The position numbers and the translations under genes are program-made. Source: Octopus vulgaris (Eukaryota). From it: a stretch of DNA of 64,000 nucleotides. The DNA lies in assembly GCA_951406725.2 (NCBI GenBank), contig OX597831.1, forward strand, positions 34,224,001 to 34,288,000, in the 5' to 3' direction. Below the pieces are notes generated by a model. That model was not told the origin of the DNA. It saw only the letters and a list, made by a program, of their open reading frames with translations, and searched no databases. Below are positions 27,461 to 40,666 of the stretch, piece after piece. Positions within the stretch are counted from its first letter, which is position 1. Each line of letters opens with the position of its first letter.

Positions 27461-28044
27461 AGATGGCAGCAAACACGGCTTTTAGTGACATAAAACAACA
27501 ACATAATAGTTTGATCAATGAGAAAATTAATAGACTCCCCTGGCGACTCATTCGAGTTATTTTCAATTTCGTTTTACTAACATTTGACTAACTGAACCAC
27601 GTTAACCAGCTTTAGGGTCATCGTTCCTCGTCGCTGGTTCTTCACATGTGGGACACCGTAGCATTGATCGCTCGATCGATCACCGTATTAATGATATATG
27701 ATCCCTTGGTTCGTTTACAGATAGAGACGATGACGAAAACAACAGCGGATTTCACGCCGCCGGTTATAATTATCACTTCGTTCTTAAATAATTTGCAATA
27801 TCGACGCATCATGAACAGGAAGCTGAGTAGAGAAGGCAAAATCAGTACAAATCTTGTTACATTATTCTCTTTGGAGTGTCTTGTTTTTTAAATTCAAATC
27901 TTGATGGATTTCGTTTTATTCTGTATATCTCTTACGTGTCTAAAAATAAGAATTTATCGTAAACTTTCTTCCAACGTAATTTACCAGTCGCGTACAATAT
28001 CAAAGCCTCGTGTCACTGTTGTGAGATCTATGATATATTGGTTT

Positions 28045-28895
28045 ATAATTTGACACAAGGTCAATAATTTCGGGGGTAGGGATAAGTCTAATACACAGAC
28101 CACAGTCTGGCAGAAACGTTAGCACGCCGGGCGAAATGCTTAGCGGTATTTCGTCTGCCGTTACGTTGTGAGTTCAAATTCCGCCGAGGTCGACTTTGCC
28201 TTTCATCCTTTCGGGGTCGATAAATTAAGTACCAGTTACGCACTGGGGTCGATGTAATCGACTTAATACCTATGTCTGTCCTTGTTTGTCCCCTCTGTGT
28301 TTAGCCCCTTGTGGGTAATAAAGAAATAGGTACTTATTGTATAGACGGCATTTGAACTCAGAGCATAAAGTCGGAAGAAATGCCTCTAAGCATTTCGTCC
28401 GGCGCGGAAACGATTCTACCAGCTCGCTGCCCTGGAGTAATGATACACTGGTTTCAAATTTTGGCACAAGGCCAGCAATTTGGAGCGAGTGGGTATGTAT
28501 CCATTACATCGACTCCAGTGTTCAACTTGTGCTTATTGTATCGATTCCGAAGGGACCCAAGGCAAAGTAGATTCTGACGGCATTTGAGCTCAGAACATAA
28601 AATCGGAAGAAATATCGCTGAGCATTTTGTCCGGGGCAGTAACAATTCTTATTTCTTTATTGCCCACAAGGGGCTAAACACAGAGGGGACAAACAAGGAC
28701 AGACAAACGGATTGAGTCGATTGGTACTTAATTCATCAACCCCGAAAGGATGAAAGGCAAAGTCGACCTCGGCGGAATTTGAACTCAGAACGTAACGGCA
28801 GACGAAATACCGTTAAGAATTTCGCCTGGCGTGCTAACGTTTTTGCGGTAACGATTCTGCCAGCGGGGCGGTAAATATTCTGCCAGCTCGCCACC
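28045..28895. mobile_element. Cluster of SINE family C units in both orientations
   Basis: + unit at about 28087-28331, then minus-strand units to about 28895. Confidence 0.85.
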
Positions 28896-29699
28896 TTGAA
28901 ACTATGATATGTTAACGTCAATATACGAGTGTTTTTTATTCTTTATCAATCTCGACATTTCTCTTCGATAATAACTTTACCGATGATTGATTCCAAGTTG
29001 TCAGAGAAGATGGATTTGGTACGTAAGCAAAAGCATAACAGTATTTGCTCATATCGCACAAAAACGCTTAAAGAATCTTATGCTTTTGTATTAGCATCTC
29101 GACTGATGAGCCCAGTTCACGTCCAGACTGTCAAACCACACATACGTACATGACAGACTGCCTTTATTTCTTTTCTTTCCGTCCACGAAATTCATTCGTT
29201 CACAAGGCTTGGCCAGCCTAGGACTATAGAATAAGACTTGCCCAAGGTGCTGCACAGCCGAATTGAGCCCATGACCACTTGAGAAACAATCTTCTTGCCC
29301 ACAGATCCACGCCTCATAAATTTTCAAACACTATCCATTGAATAGTTTTTCTGTTTTCATAATCAGTAGCAGCATCCAATAACAAGTGGTGCCATCTATA
29401 TTGTCTTATATTTGAAAGCAGTGGGATGTTCTTTGCTTCTTCTTTGGCCAATTTCGTCGAAGAAATGAACCTCAACAACACCATTTAACCAAGCACTCCC
29501 AGTGTGTGTCAATCAAACCGCTGTCGTTTGCCACACCTACGATTCATATAATTTTCGAATTGCTGTTCACAGTATGATGGGTTTGGACGCGGGTAAAGGA
29601 CGTCGTTGCTCATAAATGTAACACTCCAGCTATGATTCCTGTAGCGACACGAAAAGTACTGGTTCTTCGGTATCTTTTCGTCTAGATTACAAACACGCA

Positions 29700-29743
<44 letters not shown>

Positions 29744-29769
29744 ACTATTAGAAACGATATTTAATGATA

Positions 29770-30070
29770 GCCTCTCCATCCCAAATAGACGGTTATGCAA
29801 TTTCTTGCTGAGTAACCCGACCCGACACAGAATATTTATCTACAGTGATCAAATGCTTGAGTTGTACATTAGCTCACTCCTCCAATCAGCTCACCATTAC
29901 CTGTTCAGGTGAAAGGTGTGCCGTATGTCGGATGTCGAAATCTTAGCAGAGTTAGCGTCAGATGAAGCGTTGCGTTCAAGAAAAACAACACATCGCCCGG
30001 TCCGGGAACTGAGCCCACGGTCTCGCGATGACGAGTACAACACCCTAATCACCAGACCACACACCCCTCA
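29770..30070 (-). mobile_element. SINE family D variant (tail type 5); second copy at 57330-57598
   Basis: Shared cattacctgttcaggtg and gtgatca..tgctt...tgtaca blocks plus a tRNA-like head. Confidence 0.65.
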
Positions 30071-30466
30071 TACAAACGACATACTGTTAGAACATAATAT
30101 TTTTATTATTTTCTTTTTCTTTCTCTTTATGGTCTCTATCTTATCTAAGCATCAAACGACATTACGTTGATTTTAAAGAAGACACAGTAGATTGCTTACT
30201 GGTCACAAAAAGATCACAAGATAATTGGACACTCATTTTTGGCTCTAGTTTCTTGACCAGTGATTAGTTTTATTGTAAAAACATACACCATCACATCCTC
30301 CTGCCCTGTTTCTTATGAGTATAATCTAAAAGAAGTAATTCAGTGGTATATCAATCTATCGATCAGCCAATCAATCAATCTATTAACCTATCTATCTATC
30401 TATCTATCTATCTATCTGTCTATCTATCTATCTATCTATATATCTATCTATCTATCTATCTATCTA

Positions 30467-30504
<38 letters not shown>

Positions 30505-30519
30505 CATACACACACACAT

Positions 30520-30558
<39 letters not shown>

Positions 30559-30668
30559 AATATATATATATATACATATATACAGGGAGAGAGAGAGAGA
30601 GAGAGAGATAAAGAGAAACATAGAAAGCGATCGATAAAAACATAGATGGGTAGCTAAAATGACTGGGA

Positions 30669-30701
<33 letters not shown>

Positions 30702-32422
30702 AGAGAAAGAGAGAAAGAGACAGACAGAGAAAGGGAGAAAGCCGGAGAAAGCGAAAAAGAAGTGGCATCGTGGTATCTACGTAGATAAATAGAACTCCTT
30801 GAACTTCAGTTTATTTTCTTTTGAAATATCTCATCTCAGATCACGACGTACGAACGTACGTAGCTGGAGGCATTTTAAACATACATCTCCCTTGATCTTC
30901 ATTTCAGATGCGTATTTCGCTGGCAATAATGTTTAATGCTGTTCTTTTTCGAAATAAATTGTTTGTTTTGTGACAAAATTCGCTGACCGTAAATCTGATT
31001 TAGATATATTCTAAGGGCAATTTTCTTACCTTTTTTCCTATCACTAATTAACAATGAACCACTAAATAAACATTTTGGTCATTGCCTCCATTGTCGTGGT
31101 GGTGGTGGTGGTGGTGGTAGTGGTGGTGGTGGTGGTAGTGGTGGTGGTGGTAATGGTAGAGATAGGAGAAGTGGTGATGGTAGTAGTTATTTAGTTGCTG
31201 CTTGTTTTAGGTGATTATTAAGATAGCATGAAATTATTTTGTTTTAAGAAAAGAAAAAGAAAACCTTTGTAGATTACTGATCATGGAAAAAGAGAAAGTA
31301 TATCAGAAAACGGTAAATTTGACACCATATACACAAAAATGATTTAAAAAAAGGTTTTTGTTAAATTCTACAATAATGGTCCTGGATGTAACGAAGATAA
31401 GTTATAAAACAGGATTTGGTGTCAATTTTTCGGAAATATTGGATCGAAACGCAATTTATCAAAAATTTTGAAAACAAAACAGTTAATCAAAGTAAGAGAT
31501 GCCAGAATCAACACTTAATCGAATTATGGTAAATATGCGAAATACGATAAGTCAATTAAGAAATAAATAATTAAATAATAAGTATGTGCGTGTATTGTTT
31601 ATGTTTTACCGTTCCAGAACTTTACGTTAATGTTGACTTATGGCCTTTAATTTATTTATGGGCCAAACTCTGTAGAGCTGGAATCAGTAATAGAAAATAG
31701 CGATAATGTTTTTAGGAAGCAATATACAGTTCACCAGGATTATAAATGGTTTTATAATCTCATTTTATGGGCGGTTGTACACTGTGTTTGTGTATTGAAC
31801 ATTATTTAAATATTTTTTTAAAACGCTTTCCAAATATTTTTGTAACATTTAAATAAATAATATATATTTTAATAAAACGTGATACAATAACCTTTAAAAA
31901 GAAATTATTTCAATATTTGCTATTATTCGATTGATTGTCGATTCGATCAACCATTATTTCGATCGGTTGTTTTATTGGAGACCCGCTTTGTGATAAATTG
32001 TATTTTGGTGAATTATTCCGTAACAGAGATAGATAATCTCGGTTATCTATGATATCTTTATTGAAATATATACCATTACTAGTTTCCGTGCCACATCTCC
32101 GTCTTGAATACAACATTCTCCCCCTATTAGTCGCAGAGGTTAAGCAAAAGGTTACAGATATGATTCTTCCTCCTCTAACTAAGCTACTAAAAAACAAGGA
32201 AATCGATATTTTAATGAGTACAAAAAACACAGCAAAAGTTATAGTCAAGTCTCTTTAAACCGAGTTATTAATGCAGGTTAGTTATTTTCTTGTGCTTTTA
32301 CCTTTGAAAAATTGTTAAAACAAAACCCAGCTTCTTTTAAATACTTCTTGGTTTCATTCTATTTTGGTGCTCCATATTTCTGAACTTCATTTACAGTTCA
32401 CAATTGCTCCCTAATCATACCA

Positions 32423-32650
32423 GACTCTAGTCACAATGTACTGGTCACAAGCACTGTCTGGTCACATGTCACTTACATGCCACTGTACATTCCAGTCATA
32501 AGCACACTCTGGTCATAACATTATATCAGCTGATTCTGATTAGAACCACACAATGGTCATATTTATACTCTGGCCACAAGAACATTCTGATCACAACACT
32601 GTCAAGTCATAGTATATTCCGGTCATAGGACACTTTAATCACAATATTCT
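32423..32650. repeat. Degenerate minisatellite, unit about 16-17 bp (tctggtcacaagcacac-like)
   Basis: A (g/a)gtca(c/t)a core recurs about 12 times. Confidence 0.75.
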
Positions 32651-34861
32651 ACAGGGGGATTCAATGAATTATGATTTTATTCAACATATTCCCTTGTCAG
32701 ATCCACACACTTATTGCAGCGGTCCTTCAGTTTTTCTAAGCCCTATAAAAGAGCTTGGGCCTCTAAGCAGGCCTTTCGCGATACCCTTAAAGCTAGGAAA
32801 TTTTCAGTATCCCCTTGTATGTTCTCAATACACCCTGATTACTGATGATCTATCTGGAGTTAAGGCTATCAGTGAATGTGTATGAAACGTCAAGCTTCGT
32901 AAAAACTGAGTCACTAACTTTCTCTCATTTCTAATTAACAAAATTGGAATGAATTCAATGTGAAAATTCAAGATTGATATTTCATTTGAGCAAGTTTCAT
33001 TGCATATCGAAAAGATATATAAACAATCTAGCGAAAGCACGTGACTTTCTTTGGAGGCAAAGCTTAAAACTTCGAAGAAGGGAGCGCAGTTACTCCTATC
33101 ATTATACAGCTCCCTCTAATTCTGTACAATGAGTAGACACAATGAATAGAAACTATCCAACTGCATTCACCGCTATGAAACACTATCAAGTACGATAACA
33201 GCCCTACATCGTTCTTTTTCTGTCGTTTCCTTATTTCTTAATTGGAATTTAGAAATTGATTTTAATAGCAAGAAAAAATAAAACAGTTTGAAAGTGATTT
33301 TTAACCATCGAGTCACATCCCCTGACTTGTTAAAATGTGCATATTCTATTTTGCATTGATGTTTTAGTAAAGAAAAGTAACATCGGATAATCATTTGCAA
33401 CGGATTCCTCTATCTCTCTCTGCTGAAGAGGTAAAATCGATACTGTGTGTCCCGTTTCGTTGGGTGTAGTGTGTTACGAAGTTCTGATTTATGATTGTGG
33501 TGTACAGTATGATTCCACACAATGTTCCTTGTGGATAGTGTAGCTCAGTATAAAAATGGATGATGATCTAGCACCGAACGATGTGCAGCATAACGGGACA
33601 TGAACTGGCGTTCAAAGGCAAAGGACCACTAGAAACGGATTATAATTGGTTGAGAGTCTGTGTGTGTGTTCCACACTGTCACTTGATAATGCGTTAGTAA
33701 GGCCGCCCGCATTATAAATCCTAGATAAAGTGTAAGCTATTTAAGGGTGTATTACATTGCATTAAAGCGGCATTATAGTGCAGTAATTGTATTGCGATGC
33801 GAACTGTGGACTGCAACCAGTTGATCTTCAGTTAAACGGAAGTAATATGAAGTATCGGGGAGGAGGAGATAGAGAAAGATAGAAAGAAAGAGTGAGAAAG
33901 AAAATGAGAGTAATAAGCTGAGTGAAAGAAAGAGACAGAAACACAGACAAGCTGATATAGGGAGAGAGAAAGGGAAAGGGGGGGGGGGGTGAGTAACAGA
34001 GTGACAGATAGACAGAAGGGGAAAGAATACGCGTAGCTGAAAATATTTACAAATGTGTTTGTGTGGGACAGAGAGATATCAAAATATTAAATAAAGTGAG
34101 GAACTAAGTGGAATAAAATAACAGGGACACAAACAGTAATGAATACCAAACAATAAAACTACGAAGAAAAAATGATAAACAAAATAAAATGAATAAATAA
34201 AACAAACAAAATGGCGTCTGTACATATTGTTTTCTAACGACGATTGACACAAAATCCTAACACTAACAATACTTAGGCCGATGTTTATATTAAATATTGC
34301 CAACGTTTCAAGTAACCCTAGCTTGCATCTGGCATTTCCACTTCAGTAAGATTACAGTAGATTCAGGCCGTTGGTGGGATTCTCTGTTATCATTATCAAT
34401 AATTCTGTCTTTTAATCTACCATTTATTCCCAACAGTGTAAAGAGAAGTTGAAATACGAAACGATATTCCAAGAGGAATTTTACTCTCTCGTTTGGTTCA
34501 TTTTTTAAAATTTCATATCTATTTATTATTCATAATATTATTCTAATTTTTTACTATTTTTTTTCGGCGAGATCATTTCTTTCTTCTTGAGTGCACACTT
34601 ACACAGACACGGACACACATACACACAAACAAACACGTCTGTGTGAATTTATGAATACATTATATATGCAAATATATATATATATAAATATGCATATGTG
34701 CGAGTGTATACATGTATGTGCATGTGTGTATATATACATACATATATATATATATATATGTGTGTATGCATATATATACATATATATATGTGTGTGTATA
34801 TATATATATATATATATGTATAGAGAGAGAGAGAGAGAGAGGTGGGTTAACACATAATTCA

Positions 34862-34904
<43 letters not shown>

Positions 34905-34915
34905 TATATACATAT

Positions 34916-35020
<105 letters not shown>

Positions 35021-35042
35021 TACACATTCACATACACATATA

Positions 35043-35248
35043 TACAATGGAGTGCTGAAAGTCATCTGGCTTGAACGATATTGCGAAAGGCCTGGCTGGA
35101 GGTCCAACCTACCGAGTTCTTTTGCAGGACTTAGAGAAGCTGAAGAACTACTGCAATATGTGTATGAATATGAGAGTGGAGTATGTTATATAAATTTATA
35201 ACTTAATCTCATACCCAGAACCAGGAACTTTTTCAGCACCACCTCGTA
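35043..35248 (+). mobile_element. Mariner-derived MITE (deletion derivative)
   Basis: Inverted ends tacaatggagtgctgaaaagt and actttttcagcaccacctcgta, TA-flanked; the interior resembles a mariner C-terminus. Confidence 0.75.
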
Positions 35249-35499
35249 TACCTACATGCATATACATTAATACATACATACACTACACACATACACATAT
35301 GTATATGTATATATATATATATATATACACATATTCATACACATTCACACACACACATTTCATAAAGTATTTAGGTACCTTTGGGCATACTTAAAAGTCA
35401 TTTTATTATGTTGTTTTCACTGTTTATTGAAAGTTTACTTTATCCTATATTGATTCAACCAAGTAAAGATGAATTCTTATAGAATTCCTTAACATTTTT

Positions 35500-36480
35500 C
35501 GGCTTCGCTGAGAATGTCGAAATCAGGTTGAAACCATGTTTGACAATCCATTTGTGTTTTCAAAAAAGCTATTTAATTTGAAGACACATGATTCCGCGAG
35601 AAGATTCATCGTTTGAATACAGTTTATAAATATGTATACGCAGCGGTGTTTTAACATAAGGCGACTTCAGTTTCGCATATCAATTTAATTCTAATCTGGC
35701 TAGTTTTCATACAAATCCCCAATGCATATTTTACCGATTTCTGTATCAGAACAAGCTTAACACAGAACGCCTGGGTTATTCGTCACTGAGGAAGATATTT
35801 CTGTTTGAAACAAGTCTCTGATAATCCACCACTGTACTGAAGATAACCATGTAATTTTAAAAACAAATGTCTCTTCGAGAAAAATCTTCCAGGACAAAAT
35901 GTAACACCTAATGACATTCTACGTTTTTTTTTTTTTTTTTGCGTATATTAATTTCATTGTAGCCTGGCTAACGCTCGCGAAAGTCCTTAAAGTTTTTGTT
36001 TACCGATTACTGTTTCGGAATAAACATTTGTCGGCTTAGCTCAGGACACCCAGAATATTCGCTGGAAACCATGTATGCCGATCCATTGTTCTGAAAAAAA
36101 GGTTCTACAAGAAGTTTCTCAGAGAAATAATTCAGCTATTACCGATCCACATTTATACACACTTTATAAATGCGTACACACTCCGGTATTTTGGTGTAAG
36201 GCTGCTTCAGTTTTGTATATTAACTTAATTCTAGCCTGACCAGCATTCAAATATATCAGAAATTAATTTGTTTACCAATTTCTGATGTGTGAATGCTGGT
36301 CAAATACCAAAATCAAGTCGGTACAGTGTGTCTGACAATCCATAAGTATGCTGAGCGAGGTTCTGTGCTTCTAAAACTAAAATCTCATAGAGGAGTTTCA
36401 ATCAAATAACAAAATGCAACTTGTGTCGTTCCACCTCTGTATACACATTATAAGTGTGTGTAGACATCGGTATTTCAATC
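35500..36480. repeat. Old degenerate tandem repeat, unit about 270 bp, about 3.5-4 copies
   Basis: Homologous blocks at about 35623, 36162 and 36446 (tttataaat...cggtattt); 35670, 35940 and 36212 (gcatatcaatttaattctaatctggc-like); 35521, 36061 and 36311 (gacaatccat-like). Confidence 0.65.
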
Positions 36481-36807
36481 TAATTGTGTTTTACGAACGC
36501 ATATTATTGTCACGTTTAGTTTACTTTCTTAGAATTTATTTCTCATAACTAATCTTCATACTTAATTTCGCGCCATAGTTGACTGTTCACCTTTCTGTGT
36601 ATTCAAGTTAAATTTGGATTTGATTAATTTAATAAGAATATCTATTTGGGAAAATATACAAAGTATCACACACGAAAATAGATTATGAACAGGCGCAATT
36701 CTTACACATACAAATAGAAATGTTGACATCCTTAAAAACACACACAAAGCCCACATATAGAAATATGTATGAGTGTCAGTGTATGTGTGTATGTGTGTAT
36801 GTGTGTG

Positions 36808-36850
<43 letters not shown>

Positions 36851-37174
36851 ACATATAAATGAAGGATTGCAAGGAAAAGTTTGACAGATCGTTTGAAGAC
36901 CAGGTTTACGAAGATCGAAACACTGAAATAACAGACAATCTTTTATTTCCAAATATTAATAAAATTGTGTCCTGCTGAAGAACATTTAATAATCCTTCGG
37001 GTTAATATTGACTAAATAACCCGGCATATAAAACAAACAAACAAACAAACATTAAACCGTACACACTTGCATACACATGTATGCATGTATGTATGTGTAT
37101 ATAATACACACAATCACACACATATATACACACACAAATATATAAATATATATATATATCTATATCTATATCTA

Positions 37175-37288
<114 letters not shown>

Positions 37289-37413
37289 TTTTATACGTAT
37301 GCATATCGTGTATAGTATGTGTAAATAAATGGAGTGATGAATTCATGAATATGCAAGAATGTCTATATCTCTTGTGACATGGGTGACTCTACAGGGAAGA
37401 GGAGCATTATCAT

Positions 37414-37469
<56 letters not shown>

Positions 37470-38164
37470 CACACACACAGATATATATACATACATACAT
37501 GCATAGGTTATGTATAAACATACAAACACGTAAGTATGCGTTTGTCTGTATATATTTATATATTCAGAAATTTGTATATTAAAATACGTATTCATATTTA
37601 CATACATGCTTCATTCCCTCTCGGCTTCCACAAATACACACACGCATATATATATAAATAATGTATATATATATATATATATATAATAAAGTGTCAGGGT
37701 ACAATATGTACCTGTTTGCTTGAGAGTGGGTTTAAAACCCTCCAAAACCGCGCATCTCTCGCCATATGTAAACACGCACGGAGAATATAGCAGACATATC
37801 TCACCGAAGCAGTCCTCCGACTTCAAAGATACATTTAATAGAATACAAATAAGATCATAGACATCGTAGTATCAATTGATTTCGCTTATATATATATATA
37901 ATTTCTAAATTTCTAAGTGGATATTATTAGATTTAAAAACTCATTTTGACCAGATCATTTATGGTGATACTTTAAGACTAGAATTATCATAAAGCGAAGT
38001 TACCATCTTTCTCGGATGAGTGTGAAGACGTTTGCTTCCCAGGTACATGGTTATACTTTTAGTCTTCTTGCTCGGCACCTTGGGTATGTGTCTTCTATTA
38101 TAGCCCCGGGTTGAACAGTGTACTGTGAGAAGAATTTGTTGTTGGGATCTGAAATTCTTGATAT

Positions 38165-38250
<86 letters not shown>

Positions 38251-39276
38251 TTATTTATAATAAGAGTTGATCGTATACGAGTGGGTATATATTTGTAAAA
38301 AAGAAGTTTGAAAACGCCACTATATTAGATAAATTTTAATTTTCTTATGAATTTTACATGTTTCGGTTCTTGAAAAAACGAACCTTATCAAAAATATTAT
38401 AAAAAGTGAAAATTGAAAAGTTCATAATTGTTTCTTACTGTTCTCAATAGAATCCATGTGGTGGTGTTTTGTCGGTAGTTGGTATAATCGCTATATTCCT
38501 GTTGAGTGTATTGAAGAAATCCATTATTGTTTCTTGCTGGTATTAAAAGGAACCGCTTTTTTGTTACCTTGTGTTCCAATGGTAGCAACAGTAGTGATTG
38601 TTGGTCGTAGTAGTTGGTCGTAATTTTGGCAACCTTGGTGGTGGTTGGGGTTAGTAGTAGAGGACTGTTGATCGTAGCAGCAATAGTGGTGGGTTCATAT
38701 ATATATATGGTCACTGCTATTCATGCCATTATTATTATTGTTACTATCATATTGATTACTTTTATTAAGTGGATTGGCTAAATCTACTTTTTCAACAAAC
38801 TCCCTTAACTCACTAATATTACATCAAATTTATTACCCTTACGGTGTTCAAAAATTGTTAGTTTTATTACTATCTTACTTCCTTAATCCTAGAAATGTAG
38901 TATAGCTTTGATAAGGATAAGATGGTGTCAAAGCTTTCTGTCTCCGTAGAATGTCAATAATAAAATATAGCATCGGTTAATAAGCATTATTATTGCATCG
39001 CTGAATTTTAGAATTTTCCAATCAACCCGAAGCGGGCATAGGCTGACTAAAGAATGTATAATTCTCCATTCCTTTGTGATTTTGTATTGTACAACGACAT
39101 CTTATATTAATTTTATTCGGTGTTTGACTTCAGATTTCGACAGTCGACTGGCAGCGGTCTACGTGGATTTTACGGTTTTCAAGGATAATTAGTCAGCCGA
39201 GAGTGCTTATAGAGTATTCGGTGGACTTATAATTCTGTCTTCCTCTGTACGTGTATGCATATATACTTTTTTTCTA

Positions 39277-39336
<60 letters not shown>

Positions 39337-39415
39337 TTGAGGGAATATTATTCCTAACGTACTGAGAAAAATTCAATTTAGAAATACTAAATCAAATTTC
39401 ACAAAATATAATATA

Positions 39416-39498
<83 letters not shown>

Positions 39499-39711
39499 AT
39501 TAGAAAAAAAACACCTTTTATCGATTAAAAATTAAAAATTAAATTACACCATCTAGAAAATTACATATAATAGAAATATCAAATATACGATAAAAAGTAA
39601 TATACCGATGATTAAGTAATGTGCAAAATAATAATTATAATAATAATGATAAATAAAACGTATATATTTGGTAGAATAACGACACGTGTATGTGGCTATA
39701 TTTAAGAAATG

Positions 39712-39747
<36 letters not shown>

Positions 39748-40069
39748 CAAATTAAGAGGAATGACCTACGGACCATGGTTTCGTAAATATTAACAATTGA
39801 AACCGTAGTCCGTAGGTAATCGTTTTTTATTTCGTATATTTTCATTTGTCTTGCTCATTTTTACATTCTGGCGTTTGCTGATATTTATCTTGAGAACACA
39901 ATCTTCGTGGTAAGGGCGATTTGACGTCTGTCTTTACCATATTAGGATTCCATTTTAGTAGTCATTCCTCTTAATTTGTATGTAATATAATTTTTAAGCT
40001 TCGAATTTTTAAAATATGCTAAGCCACTGGTTTTAATTGATTAATATCAATATCTACCCTCATTGTTTA

Positions 40070-40116
<47 letters not shown>

Positions 40117-40234
40117 TATAAATATATATATATAAGTTCAGCAAAATTTAGATCCAGATGTATATGGTACTTAAGTTAAAGGCACCAGAATTTTGTATGG
40201 TATTAACCATATAAATCAAATGGGGTGATTATAA

Positions 40235-40611
40235 TCAAAATAAGCAACAAGTATATCCAAGGTAGAGTAGTACAATTGTTTCATGCTACTTCATTTTATT
40301 AAACACTGTAAGTATTACATCAGTTTTAAAATGTCGAGCAATCTTCAGCCACATATAGAATTTTACAATTAAACGGACAATACACATTCTTATCCCTATT
40401 TCGTTTGCCAACATTTGCCTATTTTATTTGCCAACATTTATAATATAGCAAATAAATTAGGGATAAGAATGTGCATTGTCCGTTTAATTGGAAAATTCTA
40501 TATGTGACTGAAGATTGCTCGACATTTTAAAACTGATGTAATACTTACAGTGTTTAACAGCATGAAACAATTGTACTACTCTACCTTGGATATCCTTGTT
40601 GCTTATTTTGA
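40235..40611. repeat. Long inverted repeat (arms about 160 bp) carrying a hammerhead-like motif in each arm, within a (TA)n-bounded module
   Basis: Arms 40235-40398 and 40458-40611. CTGAAGA...GAAA CAATTG TA at 40508-40575 (+), mirrored at 40271-40348 (-). Confidence 0.85.
40267..40352 (-). ncRNA. Candidate minimal type I hammerhead ribozyme
   Basis: GTGG CTGAAGA T TGCT...AGCA T GAAA CAATTG TA CTAC: stem I GTGG/CTAC, stem II TGCT/AGCA with a long loop, palindromic stem III ACAATTGT. Confidence 0.5.

Positions 40612-40666
<55 letters not shown>

Noticed and set aside
26255-27485. 245-aa and 199-aa Leu/Ser/Phe-rich ORFs that look membrane-like
   Set aside because: Produced by a pyrimidine-rich low-complexity tract and a SINE remnant.
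31096-31156. (GGT)n tract as a G-quadruplex or telomere-like element
   Set aside because: An ordinary trinucleotide microsatellite; not TTAGGG and only two-G runs.
32423-32650. Short periodic repeats as a possible CRISPR array
   Set aside because: Units are degenerate and adjacent with no unique spacers, the context is eukaryotic and there are no cas genes.
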